64,000 nt of DNA from Verrucomicrobiota bacterium. Its GTDB lineage: Bacteria; Verrucomicrobiota; Verrucomicrobiia; Limisphaerales; CANJSG01. The DNA is taken from NCBI GenBank assembly GCA_038209745.1, contig JBBQXJ010000010.1:1-64000 (forward strand), read 5' to 3'. Below the pieces are notes generated by a model. The model ran no database searches and was not told the DNA's origin. It saw only the letters and a program-made list of their open reading frames with translations. The translations under genes were made by a program, and so were the position numbers. Of the stretch, positions 48,328-58,754 are shown in pieces; positions within the stretch are counted from its first letter, which is position 1; each line of letters begins with the position of its first letter.

Positions 48328-49311
48328 ATGAAGACTCCCCATTGGCGTTTGCCCATCAACTCTCTCGTCGCCGGCCTCGTCGGCTTCACCCTCTTGACCG
48401 CTTGCGGCGACAAGAGCGGCAGCAGCGCCTCTCCCGGCGGCAAGATCACCGTCGGCTTCGCCCAGGTCGGAGCCGAGAGCGCCTGGCGCACGGCCGAGAC
48501 CGCGTCGATCAAGGACGAGGCCGCGAAGCGCGGCGTGAACCTCAAGTTCTCCGACGCCCAGGGCAAACAGGAGAACCAGATCAAGGCCGTCCGGGGCTTC
48601 ATCGCCCAAGGGGTCGACGCCATCATCATGGCGCCCGTCGTGGAGACCGGTTGGGAACCCGTCCTGAAGGAAGCCAAGCAGGCCAAGATCCCCGTGATCC
48701 TCGTCGACCGCGGCATCAAGACCGAAGACGAGTCGCTCTTCGCCACGTTGATCGCCTCCGACTTTGTCGCCGAAGGGCGCATGGCCGCCGAGTGGCTGAT
48801 CAAGAAGACCGGCGGCAAGGCCAGCATCATCGAGCTCCAGGGCACGCCCGGCGCCGCGCCGGCCATCGACCGCAGGAAGGGTTTTGAAGACGGCATCTCC
48901 AGCCATCCCGACATGAAGATCATCGCCTCGCAGAGCGGCGACTTCCGTCGCTCCGGAGGCAAGGAGGTGACCGAAGCGGTGCTCAAGGGCGCCGGCGCCG
49001 GCGCGACCGTCGTCTACGCCCACAACGACGACATGGCCCTCGGCGCCGTCCAGGCCATCGAGGAGTCCGGCAAGAAGCCCGGCACCGACGTGATCGTCCT
49101 CTCCATCGACGGCGTGAAAGACGCCTTCGTCGCCATGGCCGCCGGCAAGCTGAACTGCACCGTCGAATGCAATCCCCTCCTCGGCCCCGCCGCGTTCGAC
49201 GCCGTCGAGAAGGCGCTCAAGGGCGAGCAACTGCCAAAGAAGACCGTCGTCCAGGACAAGGTCTACGACGCCTCGAGCGCCGCCGCCGAGCTGCCGAACC
49301 GCAAATATTGA
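48328..49311 (+). CDS. ytfQ: sugar ABC substrate-binding lipoprotein, YtfQ (galactofuranose-binding) family
   Basis: Lipobox LTAC; VGFAQVGAESAWR.AET, KQENQIKAVR.FIAQGVDAI, GWEPVLKEAK, SQSGDF and VYAHNDDM closely follow E. coli YtfQ as I recall it. Confidence 0.88.
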   Translation: MKTPHWRLPINSLVAGLVGFTLLTACGDKSGSSASPGGKITVGFAQVGAESAWRTAETASIKDEAAKRGVNLKFSDAQGKQENQIKAVRGFIAQGVDAIIMAPVVETGWEPVLKEAKQAKIPVILVDRGIKTEDESLFATLIASDFVAEGRMAAEWLIKKTGGKASIIELQGTPGAAPAIDRRKGFEDGISSHPDMKIIASQSGDFRRSGGKEVTEAVLKGAGAGATVVYAHNDDMALGAVQAIEESGKKPGTDVIVLSIDGVKDAFVAMAAGKLNCTVECNPLLGPAAFDAVEKALKGEQLPKKTVVQDKVYDASSAAAELPNRKY

Positions 49312-49335
49312 GGCCTTTCTTCAGCCCTCCCGTCG

Positions 49336-50937
49336 ATGAAGCTCCCGCTCGTCTCCGCAATCGCCGTCGCTCTCCTGGCAGGCTGCAGCGCTCCGTCTCA
49401 ACCAGCCCGGTACTCCAACCCCGTCATCCTCGGCGACCACGCCGATCCGTCGGTCATCCGGGTTGGCAAGACGTTTTGGGCCACGGCGACTTCCTCGGAA
49501 TGGGGACCGCAGTTTCCGTTGCTGCGTTCGACCGACCTCGTGAATTGGGAGAACACCGGACCGGTCTTCAACAAGCGCCCCGGGTGGTCCGTGGCGAACT
49601 ACTGGGCGCCGGAGATCTCGCACTGGGGCAGCCGCTACTACGTCTTCTACACGGGCCGCAAACCGGACGGTCCACTCGCCCTTGCCGTCGCGTCGGCCGA
49701 CAAACCCGAGGGCCCCTACACCGACCACGGCCCGCTGGTGGCCCAGGACGCCGGCTCGATCGACGGCATGTTGATCGGCGACGAACAGGGCACGCCCTAC
49801 CTCGTCTGGAAGGAAGACGGCAACAGCCGGGGCAAACCCACGCCCATCTGGGCGCAGCCGTTCGATCCTGCGGTCAACAAACTCGTGGGCGAGCCCAGGG
49901 AGATTCTGCGCAACGACGTTCCGTGGGAGGGCAACCTCGTCGAGGGCCCGTTCATCCTGAAGCGCGGGGAATGGTTCTACGCGTTCTACTCGGGAGCCGG
50001 CTGCTGCGGCAGCGGCTGCACCTACGGCCTCGGCGTCGCCCGTTCCAAGACGCTCCTCGGCCCATGGGAAAAGAATCCCGCCAACCCGATCCTCGCGGGC
50101 AACGACGCCTGGCGTTGCCCCGGCCACGGAAGCATCGTCGATGACGGATCCGGACGGTATTGGCTGCTCTACCACGCCTACGCGCAGGACACCTTCGTCT
50201 ACACGGGCCGCGAAGCGCTGCTCGACGAAGTGGTCTTCAACGACCCCGGCTGGCCAACGATCAATGGCGGCAAAGGCCCTTCGTCCACCGCTGCTTCCCC
50301 TTTCAGCCAGAAGCAACATCGAACGGAACTCGCCTATTCCGATTCGTTCTCCAACAGGCGGCTCGATCGCGGATGGCAATGGCCCGTCGACGCCGAACCC
50401 GTCGTTAAACTCGATCCGTCCGGCGGCGGCCGTCTCCGGCTGTCACCGGCGAGTGACCAGAACCAGGCCGAAGTCGGCGCCGTGCTCGGCCGATCCTTGG
50501 TGACCGGCGACTTCACCGCCACGACGATCCTCCGCACCACCGGCCTCGCGCCCGGCACCCGCGCCGGATTGGCCGCCATCGGAGATCGCGGCAACGCCGT
50601 CGGACTCGCTCTCGGCCATGGCCAGCTGCTGCTCTGGCAACGCGAACGCGGCCAAACCAAGTCGGTCGAATCCCGTCCGGCACCGTCCGGCGAACGCCTC
50701 TTCATCCGCGCGTTGGCGACCTCCGGCCATCTCTTCCATTTCTCCTACAGCTCCGACGGCACCGCGTGGACCGGGATCGGCCACGGGTTGAACGGCGGTT
50801 ACCTGCCCCCGTGGGATCGCAGCGTCCGCATCGGTCTCACCGTCGGCGGAGGCCCGTTGGCCGTCGGCGACTTCGAATCGTTCAACATCGTTCCGCAGAA
50901 CAGACGCGGAGACTTCAATCCGTCCGAGACCCCATGA
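49336..50937 (+). CDS. GH43 glycosidase lipoprotein with C-terminal beta-sandwich
   Basis: Lipobox [28 protein letters not shown] and PGHGSIV motifs; ConA-like C-terminal domain. Confidence 0.9.
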   Translation: MKLPLVSAIAVALLAGCSAPSQPARYSNPVILGDHADPSVIRVGKTFWATATSSEWGPQFPLLRSTDLVNWENTGPVFNKRPGWSVANYWAPEISHWGSRYYVFYTGRKPDGPLALAVASADKPEGPYTDHGPLVAQDAGSIDGMLIGDEQGTPYLVWKEDGNSRGKPTPIWAQPFDPAVNKLVGEPREILRNDVPWEGNLVEGPFILKRGEWFYAFYSGAGCCGSGCTYGLGVARSKTLLGPWEKNPANPILAGNDAWRCPGHGSIVDDGSGRYWLLYHAYAQDTFVYTGREALLDEVVFNDPGWPTINGGKGPSSTAASPFSQKQHRTELAYSDSFSNRRLDRGWQWPVDAEPVVKLDPSGGGRLRLSPASDQNQAEVGAVLGRSLVTGDFTATTILRTTGLAPGTRAGLAAIGDRGNAVGLALGHGQLLLWQRERGQTKSVESRPAPSGERLFIRALATSGHLFHFSYSSDGTAWTGIGHGLNGGYLPPWDRSVRIGLTVGGGPLAVGDFESFNIVPQNRRGDFNPSETP

Positions 50938-51989
50938 GCGACTCTCCCTTGTTCTCCCCGGAAGTTCATCCCCACCGCCGCTACAATCCGCTGACGGGAG
51001 AATGGATCCTCGTCTCGCCGCACCGCACCCAGCGTCCCTGGCAGGGCCAGCAGGAAACCATGAACGCCGAACGCCAGCCGGCGCACGATCCGACCTGCTA
51101 TCTATGCCCCGGCAACCATCGCGCCGGCAGCGGGATCAACCCGCCCTACACCGACACGTTTGTTTTCCAGAACGACTTCGCCGCGCTCCTGCCCGACACC
51201 CCGTCGATCGACAAGACGCGGTCGGATCTCTTCCGCACCGAACCGGTGAAGGGCGAGTGCCGCGTCATCTGCTTTTCGCCCCGGCACGACTTGACGCTCC
51301 CCGAAATGTCCGTCGAACAGATCGGCCGCGTGGTCGACGTCTGGGCCGAACAAACCGGGGAGCTCGGCCAAAAATATCGCTGGGTCCAAGTGTTCGAAAA
51401 CAAAGGCGCGGTCATGGGTTGCTCAAACCCTCATCCCCACGGCCAGGTCTGGGCCGGCAATTTCCTGCCCCGCACCGCCGAACTCGAAGAAGTCGCCCAG
51501 CGCAACTACCACCATTGGCACGGGCGTTCCCTGCTCCTCGACTACGCCGACGCCGAGACCCGCGACGGCACCCGGGTCATCGAGCAAAATCCGCACTGGC
51601 TCGTGGTCGTGCCCTATTGGGCCACCTGGCCCTTTGAGCTGCTCTTGATTCCACGTTGGCCCGTCAAACGCCTGACCGACCTGAAACCCGAGCAGCGCGC
51701 GTCCCTCTCCTCGATCCTGAAAGCCAGCCTCATCCGCTACGACAATCTCTTCTCCACGTCGTTCCCCTACTCCATGGGCTGGCATGGCGCCCCGACCGAC
51801 GACGGCAGCTACGACCACTGGCAGCTCCACGCTCATTTCTATCCGCCGCTCCTCCGGTCCGCGACGGTCAAGAAGTTCATGGTCGGCTACGAAATGCTGG
51901 CCGAACCCCAGCGCGACCTGACTCCCGAACAAGCGGCCCAGCGCCTCAGAGCCCTCCCAGAAGCTCATTACCTCGGGAACCGCCGATAA
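50934..51989 (+). CDS. galT: galactose-1-phosphate uridylyltransferase
   Basis: [50 protein letters not shown] and [15 protein letters not shown] motifs; ATGA overlap with the GH43 gene. Confidence 0.97.
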   Translation: MSDSPLFSPEVHPHRRYNPLTGEWILVSPHRTQRPWQGQQETMNAERQPAHDPTCYLCPGNHRAGSGINPPYTDTFVFQNDFAALLPDTPSIDKTRSDLFRTEPVKGECRVICFSPRHDLTLPEMSVEQIGRVVDVWAEQTGELGQKYRWVQVFENKGAVMGCSNPHPHGQVWAGNFLPRTAELEEVAQRNYHHWHGRSLLLDYADAETRDGTRVIEQNPHWLVVVPYWATWPFELLLIPRWPVKRLTDLKPEQRASLSSILKASLIRYDNLFSTSFPYSMGWHGAPTDDGSYDHWQLHAHFYPPLLRSATVKKFMVGYEMLAEPQRDLTPEQAAQRLRALPEAHYLGNRR

Positions 51990-52188
51990 TCTCAAGCCGG
52001 GCTGCAATCCACGGCAGAACATGTGGAAAAACCTCAGGACGACGGGTCACGAACGAAAAGGAAAAGCGCGGAAATTTCGCCGGCGCGCTCGAACATCGGG
52101 GTCAGGCTGGGGTGTTTGACCCGCCACCACGACCGTCCAATGGATCGGCCCAACGGGAAATCCCATCCTTTAACCAGCACGCCCCAAG

Positions 52189-52278
52189 TGGCGGAAGGGG
52201 AGGGATTTGAACCCCCGGTAGCCTTGCGACTACGCCTGATTTCGAGTCAGGTGCCTTCGACCACTCAGCCACCCTTCC
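52189..52278 (-). tRNA. tRNA-Ser (anticodon CGA)
   Basis: Minus strand GGAAGGGTGGCTGAGTGGTCGAAGGCACCTGACT-CGA-AATCAGG...GGTTCAAATCCCTCCCCTTCCGCCA; 90 nt, long variable arm, encoded CCA. Confidence 0.97.
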
Positions 52279-52464
52279 GCTGCTCGGGGCTGATGGCTTA
52301 CGCCAAGTCGCGGCAGCGTGCAATCGATTATTCGGTTCCACCTTCAGTCGCGCCCGGGCTGTCTGCGGCCCCGGGGAGGACCGATCCAACGAGATGCCAC
52401 CTTGGGACTTGGATCCACGGCCGGCTTCGATTATTTCCATCTTCCACAAACCGAAGATCCAATT

Positions 52465-53187
52465 ATGGGTGCCCAATGGAAACAGAAAGGCCGTGAGATC
52501 GAAGCCCAGAAAAAGGGCCAGTTGATCGGCAAACTCGTCCGCGAACTCATCGTCGCCGCCAAGCTCGGCGGGGCGGATCCGGACCTCAACGCCCGTTTGG
52601 CGGCCGCCGTCGAGAAGGCGAAGAAGTCCTCCGTGACCCGCGACACGATCGACCGCGCGATCAAGAAGGGCTCCGGCCAGACGGACGAGAAGGTGGAGTT
52701 CGAGCACATCACCTTCGAGGGCTTTGCCCCGCACAAGGTTCCGGTGATCGTGGAATGCGTGACGGACAACCGGAACCGCACCGCGCCGGAGATCCGCAAT
52801 CTCTTCAAGGCCGGCGCGCTCGGCGCACCCGGCAGCGTGAACTTTTTCTTCGACCATCTCGGCGTCGTCGAGGCGACCCACACCGACAAGTCCCGCGATC
52901 CTGAAGGCGACGCCATCGAAGCGGGAGCGCAGGAGGTCGAAGCGCTCGAAGCGGAGGAAACAGCCGAGGGCGGTCTCGGAGCGCGGTTTCTGACGGAGCC
53001 GAAAGAGCTCGGTGCGGTCTCCAAGTGGCTCAAGGCCGCCGGCTGGAAGATCACCGCGTCGGAAATGCGCTATCAGGCGAAAAATTCCACGGAAGTGTCC
53101 GCCGACCAGCGCGAAGAAGTCGTGGCGTTCCTGACCCAGCTCGACGACCACGAAGACGTGCACCACGTCTTCGCCGGGCTGAAGTAG
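52465..53187 (+). CDS. yebC: YebC/PmpR family protein
   Basis: GGADPDLNARL, IDRAIKKG, FEGFAP, VECVTDNRNRT and LDDHEDVHHVF motifs. Start at ATG 52465. Confidence 0.92.
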   Translation: MGAQWKQKGREIEAQKKGQLIGKLVRELIVAAKLGGADPDLNARLAAAVEKAKKSSVTRDTIDRAIKKGSGQTDEKVEFEHITFEGFAPHKVPVIVECVTDNRNRTAPEIRNLFKAGALGAPGSVNFFFDHLGVVEATHTDKSRDPEGDAIEAGAQEVEALEAEETAEGGLGARFLTEPKELGAVSKWLKAAGWKITASEMRYQAKNSTEVSADQREEVVAFLTQLDDHEDVHHVFAGLK

Positions 53188-53253
53188 CGCAACCCTGGCC
53201 GGACTCCCGGAGGACTTCGGGTCATCCTCTCCGGCACGGAGGCCGCCGCCGCT

Positions 53254-54726
53254 TCAGTCCAGCGCCTTCTCCAAGGCGTCCACCACCGTCTTCAGAACCG
53301 TGATGCGGGCGAACCGCTTGTGGTTGGCCGGCACGATGGACCACGGCGCATTTTCCGTGTGGGTGTGGGCGACCATGTCGTTGACGGCGGACTCGTAGTC
53401 GTTCCACTTGGTCCGGTTTCGCCAGTCCTCTTTGGTGATCTTGTAGCGCTTGGTCGGGATCCGCTCCCGGGCCTTGAAGCGCTGGAGCTGTTCCTCGGGG
53501 CTGATGTGCAGCCAGAATTTCCGGATGACATAGCCACCGTCGACCAAACGCGATTCGAAGTCGTTGATCTCTTTGTAGGACCGCTGCCACTCGCGCGGCG
53601 TGGCGAAGCCCTCCACCCGCTCGACCAGCACACGCCCGTAGTGGGAACGGTCGAAGATCGAGGTGAGCCCGGCCGGAGGCAGGTGCCGCCAGAAGCGCCA
53701 GAGATAGTGTTGCGCCTTTTCCTCGTCCGTCGGCGCGGCGAAACCGGTCACCTGATACAGGCGCGGATCCAGGGCCTGGGTGACCCGACGAATGGCGCCG
53801 CCCTTGCCCGCCGCATCCCAGCCCTCGAAGACCAGAAGGCAGGTCCTTTTCTTTTCGAACTGTTTCCACGCCGCCTTCAGGAGTCGGTTCTGCAGCTTCG
53901 AAAGCTTGTCGCCGTAGTCGTCCTTCTCCAGCGAGGCGTTCAGATCCGCGGGAGCCAGGAAGTCTTCATCGGTCGAATGGAACCTCGCGGGGAGGCGCAA
54001 CGCTTTGGGCTTGGCCGGGCTGGCTGCGCGCTGGAGGGAGTCGAGCAGCAGTCGGGCGACGGTCAGGCTGCGCCGACGCGGATCGGTCGCGTCGACCCGA
54101 TGCCACGGCGCATCGGGCACGTGCGTGTGCCGCATCACTTCGCTCGCCAGCTTGGAAAGTTCCTCGTGCCGGACGACGAGCTGCTTGCCCACGGGCAGAA
54201 GCGTCAGGTGGAGTTCGGGATGGGCCGAAAGATCCTTGAGCCGTTTCTTCAGCGTCTTCTTTGAGATGTGGAACCAGAGCTTGAGGAAGATCGTTCCGTC
54301 GACGGACAACATGCGCTCGAAGCGGCGCGTACCGGTCAACTGAGCCTCGAACTCGGCCCGCTTGAGCTTCCCGTCGAGCCGCCGGAGAACCAGCTCGGAA
54401 TACCATGCGCCGAAGAGCACGCCGACCCGGCCGCGCGCGGGCAGGTTCAGGCTGTGTTGGTAGAACGGAGGATGCCCGTCCGTGTGCTCGTCCTGCCGAA
54501 AAGATCCGTGGGTTTCGATGCCCCGGGGATCCAGCCATTGGTTGATCTGCCAGACGACTTCTCCCTTGCCCGAGCCTTCGATCCCCGCGACGACGATGAC
54601 GACCCGACGCCCGGAAGTCTTGAGATCGAAGTGCGACTTGAGCAGCAGGGCCTGAAGCGGCTCCAGTTCCTCGTCGAAACGACGTTTCGAGACCGGCCTT
54701 CCACCGCCTTTGTGCACATGGAACAT
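53254..54726 (-). CDS. pap: polyphosphate:AMP phosphotransferase (two-domain PPK2)
   Basis: Two PPK2 domains: GIEGSGKG...LDPRG...KLWFHIS and FEGWDAAGKGG...YLWRFW...FDRSHYGRVLVERVEG...KFWLHIS. Start estimated at 54726. Confidence 0.9.
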   Translation of the reverse strand: MFHVHKGGGRPVSKRRFDEELEPLQALLLKSHFDLKTSGRRVVIVVAGIEGSGKGEVVWQINQWLDPRGIETHGSFRQDEHTDGHPPFYQHSLNLPARGRVGVLFGAWYSELVLRRLDGKLKRAEFEAQLTGTRRFERMLSVDGTIFLKLWFHISKKTLKKRLKDLSAHPELHLTLLPVGKQLVVRHEELSKLASEVMRHTHVPDAPWHRVDATDPRRRSLTVARLLLDSLQRAASPAKPKALRLPARFHSTDEDFLAPADLNASLEKDDYGDKLSKLQNRLLKAAWKQFEKKRTCLLVFEGWDAAGKGGAIRRVTQALDPRLYQVTGFAAPTDEEKAQHYLWRFWRHLPPAGLTSIFDRSHYGRVLVERVEGFATPREWQRSYKEINDFESRLVDGGYVIRKFWLHISPEEQLQRFKARERIPTKRYKITKEDWRNRTKWNDYESAVNDMVAHTHTENAPWSIVPANHKRFARITVLKTVVDALEKALD

Positions 54727-54805
54727 ATCAGGAACGTAGCCACGTCCGAGCGGGCTCGGCCAGTCCCGGATCGGAAAAAGCCAGCGCCGCTTCCGACGGA
54801 ACGGG

Positions 54806-55198
54806 TCACTTGCCTTTCGAACCGGCGGCAGCCTCGCCGGCAAGCTGCTTCACCGTGGCGAGAAATTCATCGCGGCCGAACGGCTTCTTCAGCGTGGCCG
54901 CGGCCCCCAGGCCCTTGGCGGCGGGCAGGAAGTCGAACGGGCTCATCCGCGAACCGCCCGACATGGCCACGATCTTCATCGAGGGATAGTCCCGCCGGAT
55001 GGACATGATGGTCTCAAGCCCCTCCTGCTCGGGCATGATCAGGTCGGTGACGACCAGGTCGAAGCTCTGTTGCTGGAGCTTGGCGAGACCTTCGCGGCCG
55101 TCGCCCGCGTCGACGACCTCGTAGCCGGATCGTTCCAGCATCAGCACCAACATGTGTCGCAGGCCGTCGTCGTCGTCGATGATCAGGATTCGTGGCAT
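54806..55198 (-). CDS. single-domain response regulator (CheY-like)
   Basis: ILIIDDD, DLVVTDLIMPEQEG, AMSGG and LKKPF motifs. Start at ATG 55198. Confidence 0.92.
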   Translation of the reverse strand: MPRILIIDDDDGLRHMLVLMLERSGYEVVDAGDGREGLAKLQQQSFDLVVTDLIMPEQEGLETIMSIRRDYPSMKIVAMSGGSRMSPFDFLPAAKGLGAAATLKKPFGRDEFLATVKQLAGEAAAGSKGK

Positions 55199-55224
55199 GA
55201 TGAAACGGGGTTGAAATCTGGGTT

Positions 55225-57021
55225 TTAGCGCGCGACGCATCGCTGCACGATCCGCAGCAGTTCGTCCTCTTCGTAGGGTTTTACGAGCATGGCTTCCACT
55301 AGGCCGTGCCATGCGGGATCATCAGCCACTTCGTGGTGTCCGGAGCAAAGGACGACCGGCAGATCAGGCCGGATACCACGCACTCTCCGGGCGAAGTCGA
55401 TGCCCGTCATCACCGGCATCGTGTGGTCGGTCAGCACGACGTCGAAGCCGGCGGGATCGAGCGCGAACCGTTCCAAGGCCTCTGCCGGGTCCATGTGCGC
55501 CTGCACGGAAAACCCCGCCCGTTCCAGCTGCAGCGCCGTGACCCGCAGCAGGGCTGGTTCGTCTTCCAGCAGCAGAACCCGCCCACGAGCCGTCACAGGA
55601 AGCTCCAGCGTCTCGGTCGGCGCCTGATCGGGAGGCGCCGACACAGGGAGAAAAATCTCGAACTCACTGCCTTCGCCAGGACGGCTGCCGACGCGGATTT
55701 CGCCTGAGAGCGCCGTCACGATTCCATGGACCACTGAGAGGCCCAGGCCGGTGCCTTCGCCCACTTCCTTGGTTGTGAAATAGGGGTCGAATATCTGCTC
55801 GATGGTCGCCGGCGACATTCCACAGCCCGTGTCCAGGACCGACAGGCGAATCCAACCCCGGGAAGAGACCCGTCCAGTGGCCAACCATTCGGTCGGCGGG
55901 ATCCCGCCGTTGTCGAGCCGAAGGGTCAACCGCGGTTCCGCCGCGTGGCGCATCGCGTGGCTGGCATTGACCCCGAGATTCAGGATCACCTGCTGGAACT
56001 GCACGGCGTCGGCCACCACCCAGGAATCGTCGCGCAGAGCGCACTCGGACCGCAGATCGATCGCCGACGGGAGCGAGGCGCGCAGCATGTTGACCCCTTC
56101 TTCAAAAACCGGCCCAAAAAGCGTGGGCCGAGGCAGCTGGGTCTGGCGCCGGCTGAAAGTGAGGATCTGTTGGACGACTTCTTTGCCCCGGGTCGCGGCC
56201 GAGAGGATTTCCCGGAGATCGCGGCCGACGCGGCTGCCCGGCTCGAGGCCCTGCAGCGCCATGCCGGTGTAGCCGGAAATGACGCCCAGGATGTTGTTGA
56301 AATCGTGGGCGATGCCGCCCGCGAGCCGACCCACGGCCTCCATCTTCTGCGCCTGCTTCAGCTGGGATTCCAACTGCTCCTTCTCCTCGCGCGACCGGTG
56401 CTCCTCGGTCGCGTCCTGGATCATGCCTTCGTAGTAAAACAGCCGCCGGTCGGGGCCGAAGACGCCCCGGGCATTCTCCCGGATCCAGATCACCTGCCCG
56501 TCGCGGCGCCGCACCCGATATTCCATGTTCCGCACTACGCCGTGTTCGCCAATCTCGCGCCGGAAGGCCGCCAAGTCGACCGGGCTCACATAGACATGCT
56601 CCGACACGTCGTGGATGGCCGCCAAAAGGGAATCCGGTCCGTCATAGCCATACATCTTGGCCAACGCCGGATTCGCGCTGATGAACCGGCCCTCGGGCGT
56701 GCTCTGGTAGATGCCCACGACAGCATGTTCGAAAATCGATTGGTAGCGTGCCTCGGTGTTGCCAAGGTTCTTCTCCACGCAACGTCGCCGGGTGATCTCG
56801 TCTTGGATCGCCTCGGTGATCCGCATCAGTTCGACGGTCCTCTGGGCCAACGCCGCTTCGATCCCTCGACGTTGCTCTCGCAGTTCGGCCACTTCCCGTC
56901 GGAGCGTCTCCACTACTTCCGACGAGACGGGTCGATCTGGAGCGGGGGAAGCAGGGCCGTCGGCGGGTGCGCCGCGCTCCGCACCCGGATAGGATGCCAC
57001 AAGATGACCGCTTGGATTCAA
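55225..57021 (-). CDS. cytoplasmic hybrid sensor histidine kinase (PAS-HisKA-HATPase-REC)
   Basis: PAS domain (GIYQSTPEGRFISANPALA), GGIAHDFNNIL, NLGVNA, DTGCGM, FDPYFTTK and GTGLGL motifs, plus C-terminal REC. Start uncertain. Confidence 0.93.
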   Translation of the reverse strand: MNPSGHLVASYPGAERGAPADGPASPAPDRPVSSEVVETLRREVAELREQRRGIEAALAQRTVELMRITEAIQDEITRRRCVEKNLGNTEARYQSIFEHAVVGIYQSTPEGRFISANPALAKMYGYDGPDSLLAAIHDVSEHVYVSPVDLAAFRREIGEHGVVRNMEYRVRRRDGQVIWIRENARGVFGPDRRLFYYEGMIQDATEEHRSREEKEQLESQLKQAQKMEAVGRLAGGIAHDFNNILGVISGYTGMALQGLEPGSRVGRDLREILSAATRGKEVVQQILTFSRRQTQLPRPTLFGPVFEEGVNMLRASLPSAIDLRSECALRDDSWVVADAVQFQQVILNLGVNASHAMRHAAEPRLTLRLDNGGIPPTEWLATGRVSSRGWIRLSVLDTGCGMSPATIEQIFDPYFTTKEVGEGTGLGLSVVHGIVTALSGEIRVGSRPGEGSEFEIFLPVSAPPDQAPTETLELPVTARGRVLLLEDEPALLRVTALQLERAGFSVQAHMDPAEALERFALDPAGFDVVLTDHTMPVMTGIDFARRVRGIRPDLPVVLCSGHHEVADDPAWHGLVEAMLVKPYEEDELLRIVQRCVAR

Positions 57022-57260
57022 AGTCTATATGTTGCGGGGCTTTTCAGCCTCTGTTCACCCCGCCAGCATCCCGCTCTGCCTGCGGAACTTGAACTGCCAC
57101 TCAAAGCGAGAATCGATCCAATTCCCCGCTTCCCGTCTCCACGTCAAATCCCATGACAGTATCGTCCAACCTCGAGACCTCTTAAGACGACACGCCACAA
57201 ACTGGATCCATCTTACTCGTCTCGAATAAGTCCGAATGCCAAAAAAGACACAGCCATCCT

Positions 57261-58118
57261 TCAGCCCAAGTGCGCGTCGGATGTCCCCAGCAGCAGTTCG
57301 ACCAAGACGTCGGGCTCCCGGTAGTCCGCCACCAAAAGATGCGCCCCCGCCTCGGTCAACTGACGCTCCTTCCGGAGATCGGGAATCCCGGAGCCGTTGA
57401 CTTCCTCGTCGCTGGCGACCGCCACCGCGAGTCCGCCGAGGTCGGCCGTATGGTGGATCTCCACCGGTCCGTCGCCGAACGACAGCAGCTGGTTCCCCTT
57501 CAAACCGTGGTCGGCCAAGATCCGCTCCAGCACCATGCGCTTGGTGAAGCCCGTCGCGTCGGGCGGACTCCCATAGATCCGGTCCTCAAAAAACGAGGAC
57601 AGCTGCAACAGCGTCGCCTCTTCCCGCACCCGGTCCTCCAGGGTGCCGCTCAGGATGGTCATCGCGATGCCGCGATCAGCCAGATTCCGCAACAGGGCGC
57701 GCGCTCCGAAGACCACGAAGTGATCCGGAAAAGCCATGCCATCGTGAATCTTGGCCGAACGCTCCTCGATCACTTCATCTAGCCGCCACTGGTATTCCAC
57801 CAGAAGCTCTTCGGGCCGGGGAGTGACCGCGCCTTTCGCCGCCATGAGCTCCGTGAAACGGCGCATCTGGTGCAGGGTCGGTTGGCCGTTCAGGCTGAGG
57901 ATCTCCACCAGCAACCCGCTCCGCACGGACTCCGCGTCGTCGCCGCTCTGGAACGGGAAGTATTCCAAAAAAAGATGGGTCATGATGTCGGGCCATCCAT
58001 GCCGGAGCCACGACAGCGTGCCGTCGAAGTCGAAGACCACGTGCGCGATCTCGGAGCGCGCCGTGAACGGCTGGAGGCGGTGCGGAAGCGTGCGGCCCGA
58101 ATCTTGGGGTGAGGTCAT
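57261..58118 (-). CDS. HAD-superfamily hydrolase
   Basis: VFDFDGTLS, ILSGT, TK and FGDGPVE motifs I-IV. Confidence 0.88.
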   Translation of the reverse strand: MTSPQDSGRTLPHRLQPFTARSEIAHVVFDFDGTLSWLRHGWPDIMTHLFLEYFPFQSGDDAESVRSGLLVEILSLNGQPTLHQMRRFTELMAAKGAVTPRPEELLVEYQWRLDEVIEERSAKIHDGMAFPDHFVVFGARALLRNLADRGIAMTILSGTLEDRVREEATLLQLSSFFEDRIYGSPPDATGFTKRMVLERILADHGLKGNQLLSFGDGPVEIHHTADLGGLAVAVASDEEVNGSGIPDLRKERQLTEAGAHLLVADYREPDVLVELLLGTSDAHLG

Positions 58119-58754
58119 TCGCCGGCTGGATACGGAGCGGAGCCGAGATTGTCAATGAACCCTCGTGCGCGGAAGAAACTGGCGGCGGCCAGCCCGATTG
58201 ATTCTGCTGAAGAAGTCGCGCCATCGCCGACGCGACCTTCGCCAAATGCCGGCGTGACAGTTGCGGAACGCATTCGAATTTCGCCTGGGTGGACGTCGAC
58301 CCGACGGTCGATTGCCCGCCCTGCGAACAGCCGGTCCATCGAATCCCGAGCGGTCCGAGACTTCAGCCGGTCCCACCCATGGCGTGAGATCGTCAAACTG
58401 AGCCGGGAGAGATCGGAGTCTGGGCCACAGAAAGGACCAGCCCATCCAAGGGAAGCAACAGACCGGCAGCGCAATTCCCTTCCTCAGTTTCACGCACTTT
58501 GACCCTCCCATCCCTGAGCAATCGGCCGAAGCAAAATCCGGAGACGGACCCGGCCTCATCCGACGACATCATCCGACGACCGATTCTCCGAGGGCACCTT
58601 TGATCGCGCGCGGCTCTGGCGATCGTTCGTTCGAGCCAATAAAGCTTCCCAGCTGGATGGCTCTTCCCGATTCTGGATCCCAATTCAGCCCCGCCAGTCC
58701 ACGCGTCTCGCGACGCCCGTTTCCCATGGGGTTCCCAAACCAATCAATTTGTCG

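Noticed and set aside
58200..58420. TPP- or yybP-ykoY-like riboswitch upstream of the transporter
   Set aside because: Only short fragments (AATGCCGGCGT, TCGTCAA) resemble the consensus; the CTGAGA/ACCTGA and GGGGAGTAG cores are absent.
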